From NCBI GenBank assembly GCA_031276725.1, contig JAISMM010000002.1, positions 1,852 through 65,851 of the forward strand: 64,000 nucleotides of DNA, in the 5' to 3' direction. The position numbers were made by a program, and so were the translations under genes. The notes under the pieces were generated by a model, which had not been told where the DNA came from, did no database searches, and worked only from the letters and a program-made list of their open reading frames with translations. The stretch comes from Clostridiales bacterium. GTDB taxonomy: Bacteria; Bacillota; Clostridia; Christensenellales; Pumilibacteraceae. Below are positions 19,349 through 30,823 of the stretch, piece by piece. How positions within the stretch are numbered: position 1 is the first letter of the stretch; the number at the start of each line of letters is the position of its first letter.

Positions 19349-20020
19349 CTAAACTTGCGTGCTTATCAGGCGTTCGGGTAAAACGACAAGCCCCTCGGCG
19401 GCGGAGTGGGCGCATTGGAGAAGGAAAAGATGAGGGGGCTTGTCCACGGCGGGGGCGAGGAGTTGCAGAACCTTGGGTTCTAAGCGCGCCGCCTTACACA
19501 AGAACAGCGCCTCCGCCATACGTTGGGACTTGTGGACAAGGTAGAATTTGCCGCCGAATTTTAAGAGGTAGGCGGCGGCGGCGACAAGCTCTTTTAGTGT
19601 GAGGGTAAGCTCGTGGCGGGCAACGGGTGCGGCGGCGGCGGGTTTGCCGTAAGACAATTTTTGGTAGGGCGGATTTGCGACGGCGATATCGAACGCACCG
19701 CGCGGATATTTTTGCGGCAAGTCTTGTATGCGCATATGTTCGACCGTAATGCTTTGGGTCAAATTATTGATTCGGGCGTTGCGGACGCACAGGTCGGCGG
19801 CCGCCCCGTCGATTTCGACCGCCGTCATTTTGAAGCCCTTCTTTGCCGCCAAAAGCACGGATATTATGCCCGAGCCGCTGCCCAAATCGCAGGCGCGGGA
19901 GCCGCGTTTGCCGCTTACGAAGTTTGCAAGCTCGACCGCGTCGCACCCGAAGCGGAAGCCGTCGGTGTCCTGAATCAGTTTGAGTCCGTTATATTGAAGG
20001 TCGTCGATCCGCTCGCTCAT
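19349..20020 (-). CDS. SAM-dependent methyltransferase, tRNA (adenine-N6) TrmN6/YfiC-like
   Basis: 223 aa with SAM motif I DLGSGSGIIS and an NPPY catalytic motif (VANPPYQK). Its ATG overlaps the hpt stop (ATGA). Confidence 0.7.
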   Translation of the reverse strand: MSERIDDLQYNGLKLIQDTDGFRFGCDAVELANFVSGKRGSRACDLGSGSGIISVLLAAKKGFKMTAVEIDGAAADLCVRNARINNLTQSITVEHMRIQDLPQKYPRGAFDIAVANPPYQKLSYGKPAAAAPVARHELTLTLKELVAAAAYLLKFGGKFYLVHKSQRMAEALFLCKAARLEPKVLQLLAPAVDKPPHLFLLQCAHSAAEGLVVLPERLISTQV

Positions 20021-20574
20021 TTTGCGCCGTCCTCTAACGCGTACACGGCTTTTAGATTGCGGTAGCGTTGGTCTAAATCGAGTCCGTAGCCGACTGCAAA
20101 CGCGTCGTCTTTAAGGGTGAAGGCGGTATATTCGGCGCGTTCGGCGTTCACCCTTGCGAAAGGCTTGTCTAAAAGCGCGGCGCAGGCGACCGATTTTGCG
20201 CCCGCGCCTAAAAAATAGCCGCGCAAAAATTCGAGCGTGCGCCCCGTATCGACGATGTCCTCGACTATAAGAACGCGCTTGCCGCGCGGATCGATAGCGG
20301 GTTCGGCGGTCAGCTCGACGGCGCCGCCCGACGTTTTGCCGCCGCCGTAGGACGAAACGCGGATAAAGTCGAGCTCGGTGGACGCGCCGTCGAATTCGCG
20401 CGCGAGGTCGGCGAAAAAGAGGGACGCGCCGCCCAAAACGCAGACGCACAAAAGCCCGCCGCCGCCGCAGTCGCGGACGATGCCGCGCGCGAGCGCCCTA
20501 ACCCGTTTGCGGATTTTTGACGCGCCGAAAAGCACCCTCATATTTTTCCGCTTCCCGCCGAAAAACGCGCTCAT
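20017..20574 (-). CDS. hpt: Hypoxanthine phosphoribosyltransferase
   Basis: PRPP-binding motif VLIVEDIVDTGRTL, and a GYGLDLDQRYRNL C-terminus. The start is set at the ATG that overlaps the tilS stop (ATGA). The longer track ORF (to 20703) runs out of frame over tilS and is Arg-rich. Confidence 0.9.
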   Translation of the reverse strand: MSAFFGGKRKNMRVLFGASKIRKRVRALARGIVRDCGGGGLLCVCVLGGASLFFADLAREFDGASTELDFIRVSSYGGGKTSGGAVELTAEPAIDPRGKRVLIVEDIVDTGRTLEFLRGYFLGAGAKSVACAALLDKPFARVNAERAEYTAFTLKDDAFAVGYGLDLDQRYRNLKAVYALEDGAK

Positions 20575-21959
20575 AGTCCCCCGCTCCTTTCGACGCTTAA
20601 AGCGACCGCCGACTTTGCGACCGCCGTCCGCCCGCCGTCCGCCACGCGCAGTTTGTCGGAAAGCTCGACGCCCAAAACGCAAAGAACCTCCGACCCGTCG
20701 CAAATAAGCGGTATTTTGCCGCGCAGGACTTGCGGAATTTTTTTGTCGATAAGGTATTCTTTGAGCTTGCGCTTGCCGCCGCCGAACGGAATAAACGTGT
20801 CGCCCGGCCGCCTGAAACGAATAGTCGCCGAATTCGGAATCCGCGATTCGTCGACGATCAGTTGTTGCCCCGGCGAACCGTCCCGGCCCGCCGTTTCGCC
20901 CGAAAGGCGGGTAACGACATTGCCGCCGAACGCGAGAGAACCGCTTTCGATAAGCCTTGCATATGGAATTTCGGCGGCGTTATCCGGCGTGCTTTCGGGG
21001 TTGCTTGCCGCCGGAATAAACGCCAACGAGCCGTATTCGTTTATGACGCGGAATCTGCCGCCGCACGCGAACGCCGCGCCGGTACGCTTATCCTTTAACG
21101 CCAGAACGTCGAGAATATTTTGCCTTGTAACGTCGCTATTAACGCCGATTTTTGCGAGGGCGGCAAAGACGTAGCGGGGAGCGAGGGCGGGCTTTGTCAG
21201 CGCGTCGGCGCTTAATATGACCGCGCCGTCCCGCTCGCTAAATTTGCCCGAATCGATAAGCGAGTCCAAAAACGCCGACGCCTCGCGCGCCTCGGCGGCA
21301 AAATTGACGAGCGACGTTTGCGCGCCCGGCCAGCGGCTTTCGATAAGCGGAATGATTTTGTTGCGCAAAAAGTTGCGCGAGTAAGTATTGTCGGCGTTCG
21401 TTCCGTCGGTAACGAACGGCACCGCGTTCGCGTTTACGTAGTCGAGGATTTCGGCCTTTGATGTGGTTATGAGCGGCCGCAAAAGGCAGCCCGCGAGCGG
21501 CGGCATACCCGACGCGCCCTTTAAGCCGCCGCCGCGCAAAAGGTGCATTAAAACCGTTTCGGCCTCGTCCGACATATGATGAGCCGTCAAAATAAGCTCC
21601 GCCGCGCCGCCGTTTTTGATATCTGCGAATATGCGCATCCGTGCGTTGCGCGCTTCCTCCTCCGTTCCCAAACCCGACAAAGCGCGGAGGGCGGGAACGT
21701 CGGCGGTATAGCCGGCAAAGGCGACGCCGTTTTTGACGCAGTAATCTTTGACGAACGCGCTGTCGGCGTCGGAATCGCGACCGCGTATTTTGTGGTTGAT
21801 ATTGACGACCGTTACGTCGTTTTTTGCGATGTGCGGCCGCGACAAAACGAGCGCCGCAAGACACATAGAGTCCGCGCCGCCCGAAACCGCCACGGCGAGC
21901 CTTTGACCCGCCGCGACGTATTTATTAAGAATTTCTATCGCTTTATCAAGCATATGCAA
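20571..21959 (-). CDS. tilS: tRNA(Ile)-lysidine synthetase
   Basis: PP-loop motif AVSGGADSMCLA, and the conserved tilS-hpt gene pair. The start may instead be the ATG at 21953. Confidence 0.9.
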   Translation of the reverse strand: MHMLDKAIEILNKYVAAGQRLAVAVSGGADSMCLAALVLSRPHIAKNDVTVVNINHKIRGRDSDADSAFVKDYCVKNGVAFAGYTADVPALRALSGLGTEEEARNARMRIFADIKNGGAAELILTAHHMSDEAETVLMHLLRGGGLKGASGMPPLAGCLLRPLITTSKAEILDYVNANAVPFVTDGTNADNTYSRNFLRNKIIPLIESRWPGAQTSLVNFAAEAREASAFLDSLIDSGKFSERDGAVILSADALTKPALAPRYVFAALAKIGVNSDVTRQNILDVLALKDKRTGAAFACGGRFRVINEYGSLAFIPAASNPESTPDNAAEIPYARLIESGSLAFGGNVVTRLSGETAGRDGSPGQQLIVDESRIPNSATIRFRRPGDTFIPFGGGKRKLKEYLIDKKIPQVLRGKIPLICDGSEVLCVLGVELSDKLRVADGGRTAVAKSAVALSVERSGGL

Positions 21960-21971
21960 ATATCCGATTCA

Positions 21972-22229
21972 ACCGCCCCGCCGCCTACGGCGGACAAACA
22001 ACCACCCCGGCAACTCCGTTGCCACCCCTCCGCAGAGGGGAATCTTGGGGAACCGCCGCAGTGCGACGGACAAGCAACCGCCCCGGCAACTCCGTTGCCA
22101 CGAACCGAGCCGTCAAACGGCGAAGCCGTTTGTAGGGCGTGCGAGCCTGCGAGCTAAGCCCGTCAACAAGGCGAGGCACTCCATAGAGGGGAATTTTGAG
22201 GAATCACCGCAGTGCGGCACCCCTCCGCA
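21972..22229. repeat. Cluster of REP-like units (GGGGAAT family)
   Basis: Example unit at 22002-22043: ccaccccGGCAACtccGTTGCCacccctccgcagaggggaat. A second unit carries an inserted caaacggcgaagccgtttg hairpin module. The last unit is split by the MITE at 22230. Confidence 0.7.
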
Positions 22230-22388
22230 GAAAACTCCGGATAAGCGGGGCGGGTTTAAGGCAACGGATTTTTTAGACGGAAATTGACTTGTTTTTGCAG
22301 GCAATAGCACCGCTATTGTCAAAAAAAGAAGGAAATTTACGGCAAAAAAGACGCGCCTTAAAATTGTCTAAACTTGTCCGGAGTTTTC
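22230..22388. mobile_element. MITE-like element, copy 3 (159 bp, inverted relative to copies 1, 2 and 4)
   Basis: Termini are GAAAACTCCGGATAAG ... CTTGTCCGGAGTTTTC. The flanks cccctccgca / catagaggggaat are the two halves of a REP hairpin. Confidence 0.6.
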
Positions 22389-22438
22389 CATAGAGGGGAA
22401 TTTTGGGGTAGGCGCCACCGCTTGTGAAAAGGTTTTAG

Positions 22439-25400
22439 CTAACGGTTTACGTCTTTTGCGGCGGAGTTGCTGCTGGCGGTGGCGAGGCTGCCGGGGCTTG
22501 CGAGCGTAACGGTTTCGGTAACGGCGCCCGTTTCGGACACGCCGATTTCGACGGGATAGATGCCCTTGTACGCCTTCATACCCGTACCTGCGGGAATGAG
22601 CTTGCCGATGATGACGTTTTCTTTAAGTCCGAGCAGAGGGTCGATTTTGTTCTTGATGGCCGCCTCGGTGAGGACGCGGGCGGTTTCCTGGAAGGAGCTT
22701 GCCGACAGGAAGCTGTCGGTGGCGAGCGCCGCCTTTGTTATTCCCAACAGCGTGGGCTTAGCGAGCGGCAAGCGCTTGTGGCGGTCGGGCGGCATAGTCG
22801 CGTTTTCCTCCACTACCTTTGCGGCGGCGTCCTCGAACACCGCCAAATCGACGAGCTCGCCCGGCAGCAGCTCGGTGTCGCCGCCGTCCTCGACCTTGAC
22901 CTTTTTGAGCATTTGGCGAATAATGACCTCGACGTGCTTGTCGTTGATTTGAACGCCCTGACTGCGGTAAACCGATTGAACCTCTTTAAGAATATACTTT
23001 TGAACGTCCTGTTTGCCCTTTGTGCGCAGAATGTCCTGCGGATAGACGGGGCCCGACGTTAAAGCGTCGCCCGCGCTGACGGACGCGCCCTTTGTGACGG
23101 AGGGCATAAGGTGGGCGGTGAAGGGTATGACGTACTTTTCCTCCTTGCCGCTGTCCTGCTTGATATAGATATAGCGGACGCCGTCCTTTTCTTCGATGCG
23201 GACCTTGCCGCTGTACTCGGAAATGACGGCGACGCCCTTGGGGTTGCGCGCCTCGAACAAGTCCTCTACGCGCGGAAGTCCCCGCGTAATGTCGTCCGCC
23301 GCCGCCACGCCGCCCGTGTGGAACGTGCGCATCGTCAGCTGCGTGCCGGGCTCGCCGATACTTTGGGCGGCGATTATGCCGACCGCCTCGCCGATTTTAA
23401 CGGCGGTGCTGCCCGCCATATCCTTGCCGTAGCACTTGGAGCAAACGCCGTGCTTTGCCTTGCAGGTAAGAACGGAACGAATCGAAACCTCTTTTATTCC
23501 CGCCTTTACGATTTGGGCGGCGATTTCCTCGGTAATCATTTCGTTGACTCTTACGATAGGCTTTTTTGTGGCGGGATCGATAACGTCCTCGGCGGCGAAA
23601 CGGCCGTTGAGCCTGTCTTCGAGGCTTTCGATAACCTGGTCGCCCTCCATAATGGCGGCGGTTTTAACGCCCTTTGGCGCGGCGTCCTCGAAACAGTCAT
23701 CCTCGCGGACGATGACGTCCTGAGCGACGTCGACAAGCCGGCGCGTAAGGTAACCCGATTCCGCCGTTTTTAGCGCGGTGTCGGCAAGACCCTTGCGGCC
23801 GCCGTGCGACGATATAAAGTACTCCAAAACCGAAAGCCCCTCGCGGAACGAGCTGCGGACGGGGGTTTCGAGCGTTTCGCCCTGAGGGTTGGTCATAAGT
23901 CCGCGCATACCGGACAGCTGCGCGATCTGCTTCATACTTCCGCGCGCGCCCGATACCGCCATCATATTTATGGGGTTGAACTCGTCGAGAGTTTTTTCCA
24001 ACGCCTTTGTAACGTCCTTGTTCGCCTCGCTCCACTCGTGAACGACGCGCGTGTACTTTTCGCGCTCCGTCATATGGCCGGCGGCGTAAAGCTTTTCGAT
24101 TTTTATAACGTTGTCCTCGGCTTTTTTGAGGATTTCGCTCTTTTCGGCGGGGATATTCATATCGAATACCGACGTGGTTATGGCGCCGATTGTCGAATAC
24201 TTGAACCCGAGCGCCTTGATATTGTCGAGGACGATAACCGTTTCGGTCGCGCCCTTATACTTGAACGTGGCGTCGACGATTTTTTGCAGCTTGCTCTTGT
24301 TGACGGTAAAATTAATTTCCGGCTCGAACATTTTTTCGGGGTCGGAGCGGTCGACAAAGCCCAAGTCCTGCGGAATAGCCTCGTTGAATATAAGTCTGCC
24401 GACCGTGGTTTTGACGCGGCGCGACTGCCTTACGCCGTTCGCCGTACGGAAAAGCCGCACCTCGATGGCGCTTTGAAGCTCGATTTCCTTGTTGGCGTAA
24501 GCCATTTTAGCCTCGTCGACGTCGGCGAAAATTTTACCCTCGCCCTTCGCGCCCTTTTTGTCGAGCGTCATATAGTAACAGCCGATAACCATATCCTGCG
24601 TGGGCGAGCATACGGGGCGGCCGTCGGAGAGTTTTAGAATATTGTTGGACGCGAGCATCAAAATGCGCGCCTCGACCTGCGCCTCGATAGACAACGGAAC
24701 GTGAACCGCCATTTGGTCGCCGTCGAAGTCGGCGTTGAACGCGCCGCAGGCGAGCGGGTGCAGCTTTATGGCGCGGCCCTCCACAAGCACCGGCTCGAAC
24801 GCCTGAATGCCTAAGCGGTGCAGCGTGGGAGCGCGGTTAAGAAGTACGGGGTGTTCCTTTATAACGCCTTCCAAAACGCCCCAAACGTCCTTACCGGCGC
24901 GTTCGACGATTCTTTTTGCGCTTTTAATGTTGTGCGTTTTACCCTGCGAAACAAGCTCCTTCATAATGAACGGCTTGAATAATTCGAGCGCCATTTCCTT
25001 GGGGAGTCCGCATTGATACATTTTTAATTCCGGCCCGACGACTATAACGGAGCGGCCCGAGTAGTCGACGCGCTTACCTAAGAGGTTTTGACGGAAGCGG
25101 CCCTGCTTGCCGCGGAGAAGTCCCGACAGCGATTTAAGCTCGCGGTTGCCCGCGCCCGAAACGGCTTTTCCACGGCGGCCGTTGTCGATAAGAGCGTCGA
25201 CGGCCTCTTGCAGCATACGCTTTTCGTTGCGGACGATTATGTCGGGCGCGCCGAGCTCCATAAGCCTTTTAAGGCGGTTGTTGCGGTTTATGACGCGGCG
25301 GTAAAGGTCGTTTAGGTCGCTTGTGGCGAACCGACCGCCGTCTAATTGCACCATAGGCCGTAATTCCGGCGGCATAACGGGCAAGACTTCGAGCACCATC

Positions 25401-26077
25401 CACTTGGGATCGTTGCCCGATTTTACGAACGAATCTAAAATGTCGAGCCGTTTAATCGCCTTGACCTTTTTGGGGCCGGTGGACTTTTCGACGGTTTCCT
25501 TGACCTCGGCGTATTCCTTTTTTAGGTTGATCGTCTTTAAGAGTTCCTGCACCGCCTCGGCGCCCATTCCCACGCGGAAAGCGTTCTCGCCCCATTTTTC
25601 GCGCGCCTCTAAAAGCTGCGCGTCGGTCAGTATCTGCTTGCGCTCCAAATCCGTGGTGCCGGCGTCTAAAACCAAATAGTTGACAAAATAGACGACCTGT
25701 TCAAGGGCTTTGGGGGGCATATCCAAAAGAAGCCCTATGCGCGAGGGCACGCCCCTAAAATACCATATGTGCGTTACGGGTGCGGCGAGCTCGATATGGC
25801 CCATTCTTTCGCGGCGAACCTTGGCGCGGGTAACCTCGACGCCGCACTTGTCGCAGATAACGCCCTTATAGCGTATGCGCTTGTACTTGCCGCAGTGGCA
25901 TTCCCAATCCTTGGTAGGCCCGAATATGCGCTCGCAAAACAAGCCGTCGCGCTCGGGCTTTTGCGTGCGGTAGTTGATTGTTTCGGGCTTTGTAACCTCG
26001 CCGTGCGACCATTCGCGAATCTTGTCCGGGCCGGCTATGGCGATTTGCATCGAGTCGAAATTGTTTAATTCAAACAT
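22439..26077 (-). CDS. rpoC: DNA-directed RNA polymerase subunit beta prime
   Basis: Contains the zinc-binding [21 protein letters not shown] and the catalytic NADFDGDQM. The start is set at ATG 26077 (MFELNNFDS), preceded by AGGAG. Confidence 0.97.
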   Translation of the reverse strand: MFELNNFDSMQIAIAGPDKIREWSHGEVTKPETINYRTQKPERDGLFCERIFGPTKDWECHCGKYKRIRYKGVICDKCGVEVTRAKVRRERMGHIELAAPVTHIWYFRGVPSRIGLLLDMPPKALEQVVYFVNYLVLDAGTTDLERKQILTDAQLLEAREKWGENAFRVGMGAEAVQELLKTINLKKEYAEVKETVEKSTGPKKVKAIKRLDILDSFVKSGNDPKWMVLEVLPVMPPELRPMVQLDGGRFATSDLNDLYRRVINRNNRLKRLMELGAPDIIVRNEKRMLQEAVDALIDNGRRGKAVSGAGNRELKSLSGLLRGKQGRFRQNLLGKRVDYSGRSVIVVGPELKMYQCGLPKEMALELFKPFIMKELVSQGKTHNIKSAKRIVERAGKDVWGVLEGVIKEHPVLLNRAPTLHRLGIQAFEPVLVEGRAIKLHPLACGAFNADFDGDQMAVHVPLSIEAQVEARILMLASNNILKLSDGRPVCSPTQDMVIGCYYMTLDKKGAKGEGKIFADVDEAKMAYANKEIELQSAIEVRLFRTANGVRQSRRVKTTVGRLIFNEAIPQDLGFVDRSDPEKMFEPEINFTVNKSKLQKIVDATFKYKGATETVIVLDNIKALGFKYSTIGAITTSVFDMNIPAEKSEILKKAEDNVIKIEKLYAAGHMTEREKYTRVVHEWSEANKDVTKALEKTLDEFNPINMMAVSGARGSMKQIAQLSGMRGLMTNPQGETLETPVRSSFREGLSVLEYFISSHGGRKGLADTALKTAESGYLTRRLVDVAQDVIVREDDCFEDAAPKGVKTAAIMEGDQVIESLEDRLNGRFAAEDVIDPATKKPIVRVNEMITEEIAAQIVKAGIKEVSIRSVLTCKAKHGVCSKCYGKDMAGSTAVKIGEAVGIIAAQSIGEPGTQLTMRTFHTGGVAAADDITRGLPRVEDLFEARNPKGVAVISEYSGKVRIEEKDGVRYIYIKQDSGKEEKYVIPFTAHLMPSVTKGASVSAGDALTSGPVYPQDILRTKGKQDVQKYILKEVQSVYRSQGVQINDKHVEVIIRQMLKKVKVEDGGDTELLPGELVDLAVFEDAAAKVVEENATMPPDRHKRLPLAKPTLLGITKAALATDSFLSASSFQETARVLTEAAIKNKIDPLLGLKENVIIGKLIPAGTGMKAYKGIYPVEIGVSETGAVTETVTLASPGSLATASSNSAAKDVNR

Positions 26078-26262
26078 AACGAATTTTTGTCTCCTATACG
26101 GGGGTTTGGTAGCGGGCAAATAGCGGCGTTGATACGGGTCGCGTCCGCCGCAAGCGCCCCGGTTACGTACCTATGAATTACGCGCCCTCGGCGGTTCGGC
26201 GACTGCTACCCGCGTCTGCCACACCCCTCTTTGCCCGCTAATACATTCTATTCGGGCGGTCT

Positions 26263-29200
26263 TTATTTACTGGGATTTTTCTTTTTGCTCTTTTTCTTGG
26301 GTTCGGCGTCCGAGGCGGGCGCGTTGTCGTCGTCGAACGGCTCGTCGTCTAAAATGTCGTCCTCGTCGGTAAGAATTCTGTCGGCGAACGGATCGGTAAA
26401 ATCGACCTCGTCGTCCTCGACAAGCGAGAACTCTTCCTCGTCGTCGGGTATGTCCTTATCCGGCTCGTTTGCGCCGAACGGGTCGACCTCCTTTTCAAAC
26501 ACGGCGAGCTCACGCTTTGCGAACGCCTTGCCCTTGAACGGATCCAACGGCTCGCGGATAGTCAGTACGCCGTTTTCTACGGGCTTGCGACGACGGTCGT
26601 CCGGCGTGTCGATCGTGTCCGCCTCGTCCTCGATAAGGTCGCGTATGCCTATCTCGACCTTGTCCTCGGTAAGCACCTTGACGTCGAGGGCGAGCGCCTG
26701 CAACTCCTTTATAAGCACCTTGAACGACTCGGGGACTCCGGGCTCGGACACGTTAAGCCCCTTTACGATCGACTCGTAGGTCTTGACTCTGCCCACTATG
26801 TCGTCGGACTTGACGGTCATAATCTCCTGCAAAATATTCGCCGCGCCGTAAGCGTAGAGCGCCCAAACCTCCATTTCGCCGAAGCGCTGGCCGCCGATCT
26901 GCGCCTTGCCGCCCAACGGCTGCTGCGTAACGAGCGAGTACGGGCCCGTGGAGCGGGCGTGAATCTTGTCGTCGACAAGGTGGATCAGCTTTATCATATA
27001 CATATAGCCGACTGTGGCGCGGTTCTCGAACGCCTCGCCCGTGCGGCCGTCGAACATTTGAACCTTGCCGTCGACCTTGCCGTCGGGAGCGAGTCCCAAC
27101 TTGTTTTGTTCTAACAATTCCTTTATGCCGCTTTCGACCGCGCCGTCGAATACGGGCGTCGCGACCTTCCAACCGAGCGCCTTGGCGACGAGTCCCAAAT
27201 GCACCTCTAATACCTGCCCTATGTTCATACGCGAGGGAACTCCGAGGGGGTTAAGAACTATTTGCAGGGGGGTGCCGTCCGCCATAAAGGGCATATCCTC
27301 CTCGGGCAATATGCGCGAAATTACGCCCTTGTTGCCGTGGCGGCCCGCCATCTTGTCGCCCACCGATATTTTGCGCTTTTGCGCTATATAGACGCGCACA
27401 AGCTCGTTTACGCCGGGACTCATCTCGTCGCGGTCCTTGCGCGTGAATTTTTTGACGTCGACGACTATGCCGCCCTCGCCGTGCGGAACGCGCAGCGACG
27501 TATCGCGCACCTCTCTCGCTTTTTCGCCGAATATGGCGCGTAAGAGCCGCTCCTCGGGCGTAAGCTCGGTTTCGCCCTTGGGGGTTACCTTGCCGACCAA
27601 AATGTCGCCCGAATCGACCTCGGCGCCTATGCGGATTATTCCGCATTCGTCAAGGTTTTTAAGCGCGTCCTCGCCCACGTTCGGTATGTCGCGTGTAATC
27701 TCCTCTTCCCCCAGCTTCGTGTCGCGGGCTTCGAGCTCGTGCTCCTCGATATGAATCGATGTGAACACGTCGTCCTTTACGATTTTTTCCGACACCAAAA
27801 TGGCGTCCTCGTAGTTGTAGCCCTCCCACGCCATAAAGCCTATAAGAATGTTGCGCCCGAGCGCGAGCTCCGCGCCCTCGGTGGAGTGGCCGTCGGCAAG
27901 AACCTGACCCTGCTTGACCTTGTCGCCCTTGCAAACGAGCGGACGCTGATTAATACAAGTGCCTTGGTTGGAGCCTATAAACTTTTTAAGGGTGTACGTC
28001 GCGCGCTTGCCGTCGTCCTCCTTTACGCGGATTTCGTCGGCGTCGGCGTACTCTACGGCGCCGTTTTTGCGCGCGAGCACCATAACGCCGGAATCGTAGG
28101 CTATTTTATGCTCGATGCCCGTTCCGACTATCGGGGCCTCGGGCTTCAAAAGCGGCACCGCCTGACGCTGCATATTCGAGCCCATAAGGGCGCGGTTCGT
28201 GTCGTCGTTTTCTAAAAACGGAATGAGCGCCGTCGCGACCGAAATCATTTGGCGCGGCGAAACGTCCATATAATCTATCTCGTCGCGCGGCTTTTCGGAA
28301 ATGTCGTCGTAGCGGCGCATAAGCACGCGCTCGTTGACAAACCAACCGTTTTCGTCGAGCGGCTCGGTGGCCTGGGCGACCGAATAACGATCCTCCTCGT
28401 CCGCCGCCAAATAGTGAACCTCGTCGGTTACTCTTTTGTTAATCTTGTCAACCCTGCGGTAGGGCGCCTCGATAAAGCCGTACTCGTTGATTCGGGCGTA
28501 GCTCGAAAGCGAGCTTATAAGCCCTATGTTTTGACCCTCGGGCGTTTCGATGGGACACATACGCGAGTAGTGCGTGTAGTGAACGTCGCGGACCTCGAAC
28601 GACGCGCGTTCGCGGTTTAAGCCGCCCGGCCCCAACGCCGACAGCTTGCGCTTGTGCGTAAGCTCGGCTATGGGGTTAACCTCGTCCATAAACTGCGACA
28701 GCTGCGACGAGCCGAAAAATTCCTTTATGGCGCTCGACACGGGGCGTATGTTTATGAGCGACGCGGGCGTGGCGTCGTCCTCCTTTTGTATCTGCATTCT
28801 TTCGCGCACCACGCGCTCTAAACGCGCTATGCCCACGCGGAACTGATTTTGCAGCAGCTCGCCCACGCTGCGGACGCGGCGGTTCCCGAGGTGGTCGATA
28901 TTGTCGCATTGACCTATGCCGTAGCGCAAGCCCAAAATGTAGTTTATGGTGGCGATAATGTCGTCGACCAAAATATGACGGACTATAAGTCTGTCCTTGT
29001 TTTGGGCGCACAGGTCGGCCAACGCCTTTCTGTCGCCCTTGGCCCGCTCGATAAGGCGGTGAAGCACCGGATAGTAGACCTTTTCGTTTATGCCTATGCT
29101 AAGGGGATCGACGTCGATATATTCCGCTAAATCCACCGCGGCGTTGCCTATGACGGTGTGAACGGTATGCGTCCCGTCCTGAACGCTCACCGCCTCGACG

Positions 29201-30258
29201 GCGACCTCGTTAAGTCCCGAATTTTGAATCTTTGCGGCGATACCGGGTTCTATGACGCCGCCCGCCCTTACGTAACAAATGCCGTCCGCGTCCACGACGT
29301 CGGCGGCGGCGGTTTGACCCGCGATACGCGCGGCGAGCGCGAGCTTTTTGTTGTATTTATAGCGGCCCACGCGCGACAAATCGTACTTGCGGCGGTCAAA
29401 AAACAGATTTTCGATATGCGTCTTAATGGAATCGACGTTGGGAACCTCGCCCGGGCGCAGCTTGCGGTTAAGCTCGATAATAGCGTCGTCGAGCGTCTTC
29501 GCTCCGTCCTTTTCGGTCGTGTCGGTAATGACCTTTTCGTTGTGGAAAACGGCGTTAATCTCCTCGTCCGCGCCGTACTTTAACCCGTTGTTAATCCACG
29601 CGCGCTTTTCGTTCGCCAAAAACTTGGGGTCGTTGGTGATGGAATAGAGCGTGCGCATAAGCACCGACGCCTGCACCTTGCGGGTGCGGTCGACCTGTAC
29701 CCACAAAACGCCCTTGTCGTCCTCGGAAAATTCGAGCCACGCCCCGCGCGAGGGTATGTTGGTGGCGCCGTAACGGGCTTGTCCCGTGCGCTGATCGAGC
29801 GCGTAATCAAAGTATACGCCCGGCGAACGCACAAGCTGCGAAACGACTACGCGCTCCGCTCCGTTAATGATGAACGAGCCGTTGGGGGTCATAAGCGGAA
29901 AATCGCCCATATAAACCTCCTGCTCGATAACCTCGCCCGTTTCGGTTTTGACCTGCCGGACGTTGACCTTTAAGGGCGCGGCGTACGTCGCGTCGCGGTC
30001 CTTGCATTCCTTTTCGGTGTATTTGATAAGATTGTGTTCGAGCCTGTGATCCAAAAAATGCAGTTCGATACGGTTTGAAATATCCGTAATAGGCGAAAAA
30101 TCCTTAAAGACCTCGGCTATGCCCGAACCCAAAAACTCGTCGTAAGACGATTTTTGCACCTCGATCAGGAACGGCATATCGATTACCTCGTTAATCCCGG
30201 CGAAGCTCATACGCTCGGTTTTACCGTACCTGACCTTTTTAATAGCTTTCTGACCCAT
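26263..30258 (-). CDS. rpoB: DNA-directed RNA polymerase subunit beta, with a ~110-aa acidic C-terminal extension
   Basis: Conserved blocks such as [12 protein letters not shown] and [12 protein letters not shown] are present. The start is ATG 30258, preceded by AAGGAG. Confidence 0.97.
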   Translation of the reverse strand: MGQKAIKKVRYGKTERMSFAGINEVIDMPFLIEVQKSSYDEFLGSGIAEVFKDFSPITDISNRIELHFLDHRLEHNLIKYTEKECKDRDATYAAPLKVNVRQVKTETGEVIEQEVYMGDFPLMTPNGSFIINGAERVVVSQLVRSPGVYFDYALDQRTGQARYGATNIPSRGAWLEFSEDDKGVLWVQVDRTRKVQASVLMRTLYSITNDPKFLANEKRAWINNGLKYGADEEINAVFHNEKVITDTTEKDGAKTLDDAIIELNRKLRPGEVPNVDSIKTHIENLFFDRRKYDLSRVGRYKYNKKLALAARIAGQTAAADVVDADGICYVRAGGVIEPGIAAKIQNSGLNEVAVEAVSVQDGTHTVHTVIGNAAVDLAEYIDVDPLSIGINEKVYYPVLHRLIERAKGDRKALADLCAQNKDRLIVRHILVDDIIATINYILGLRYGIGQCDNIDHLGNRRVRSVGELLQNQFRVGIARLERVVRERMQIQKEDDATPASLINIRPVSSAIKEFFGSSQLSQFMDEVNPIAELTHKRKLSALGPGGLNRERASFEVRDVHYTHYSRMCPIETPEGQNIGLISSLSSYARINEYGFIEAPYRRVDKINKRVTDEVHYLAADEEDRYSVAQATEPLDENGWFVNERVLMRRYDDISEKPRDEIDYMDVSPRQMISVATALIPFLENDDTNRALMGSNMQRQAVPLLKPEAPIVGTGIEHKIAYDSGVMVLARKNGAVEYADADEIRVKEDDGKRATYTLKKFIGSNQGTCINQRPLVCKGDKVKQGQVLADGHSTEGAELALGRNILIGFMAWEGYNYEDAILVSEKIVKDDVFTSIHIEEHELEARDTKLGEEEITRDIPNVGEDALKNLDECGIIRIGAEVDSGDILVGKVTPKGETELTPEERLLRAIFGEKAREVRDTSLRVPHGEGGIVVDVKKFTRKDRDEMSPGVNELVRVYIAQKRKISVGDKMAGRHGNKGVISRILPEEDMPFMADGTPLQIVLNPLGVPSRMNIGQVLEVHLGLVAKALGWKVATPVFDGAVESGIKELLEQNKLGLAPDGKVDGKVQMFDGRTGEAFENRATVGYMYMIKLIHLVDDKIHARSTGPYSLVTQQPLGGKAQIGGQRFGEMEVWALYAYGAANILQEIMTVKSDDIVGRVKTYESIVKGLNVSEPGVPESFKVLIKELQALALDVKVLTEDKVEIGIRDLIEDEADTIDTPDDRRRKPVENGVLTIREPLDPFKGKAFAKRELAVFEKEVDPFGANEPDKDIPDDEEEFSLVEDDEVDFTDPFADRILTDEDDILDDEPFDDDNAPASDAEPKKKSKKKNPSK

Positions 30259-30370
30259 TAAAAGCACTCCTTAATATGTATCCCGAATATGTATAAAATA
30301 GAAAAACCCCCGAATTTCAAAAATTGGAGATTCCTAAACGCATAATTTTTCGACAGCACAGCATTTTATT

Positions 30371-30400
30371 ATCATACCACAATCGTTCACCGAATGTCAA
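30371..30400 (-). promoter_or_regulatory. Proximal rpoB promoter (extended -10)
   Basis: The minus strand reads TTGACA (30400-30395), 18 nt, then TGgTATGAT (-10 at 30376-30371), about 110 nt upstream of the rpoB ATG. Confidence 0.6.
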
Positions 30401-30482
30401 GCGTTTGAAACAAACTTTTTTTACATCCGGCAAAATTTTTTTCGGCGGAGCTTTTCACAAAAAAACTCCCCCGCCGTTATGA

Positions 30483-30715
30483 GAAAACTCCGGACAAGTT
30501 TAGACGGCTTTAAAACGCGCCTTTTTTGCCGTAAATAAAAGATAAACCTTTTGCCGTCGACTTTTCGCACCCCTCGCAAGCAAGACGCTCATCTTTGCCG
30601 ACAAATAAATTTCCTTCTTCTTTTGGCAATAGCGGCGCTATTGCCTGCCCCCACCAGTCAAATACTATCTCCAAAATACGTTATCTGACAGCCGCCCCAC
30701 TTGTCCGGAGTTTTC
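30483..30715. mobile_element. MITE-like element, copy 4 (233 bp, carries a ~70-bp internal insertion)
   Basis: Perfect termini GAAAACTCCGGACAAG ... CTTGTCCGGAGTTTTC. It is flanked by the 5-bp direct repeat TATGA at 30478-30482 and 30716-30720. Confidence 0.7.
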
Positions 30716-30794
30716 TATGACGGGGAGCATCCCGCTTACGCGAGTCCAAGCCCTCACGTTGCCGTGAGAACCGCAAGCTCAACCTTATATTATC

Positions 30795-30823
30795 ATTATA
30801 CGGCATTATCGGCAACTTGTCAA
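30795..30823 (-). promoter_or_regulatory. Distal promoter with exact sigmaA consensus, pointing toward rpoB
   Basis: The minus strand reads TTGACA (30823-30818), 17 nt, then TATAAT (30800-30795). Downstream lies the hairpin CTCACG-GCAA-CGTGAG (30768-30753). Confidence 0.55.
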
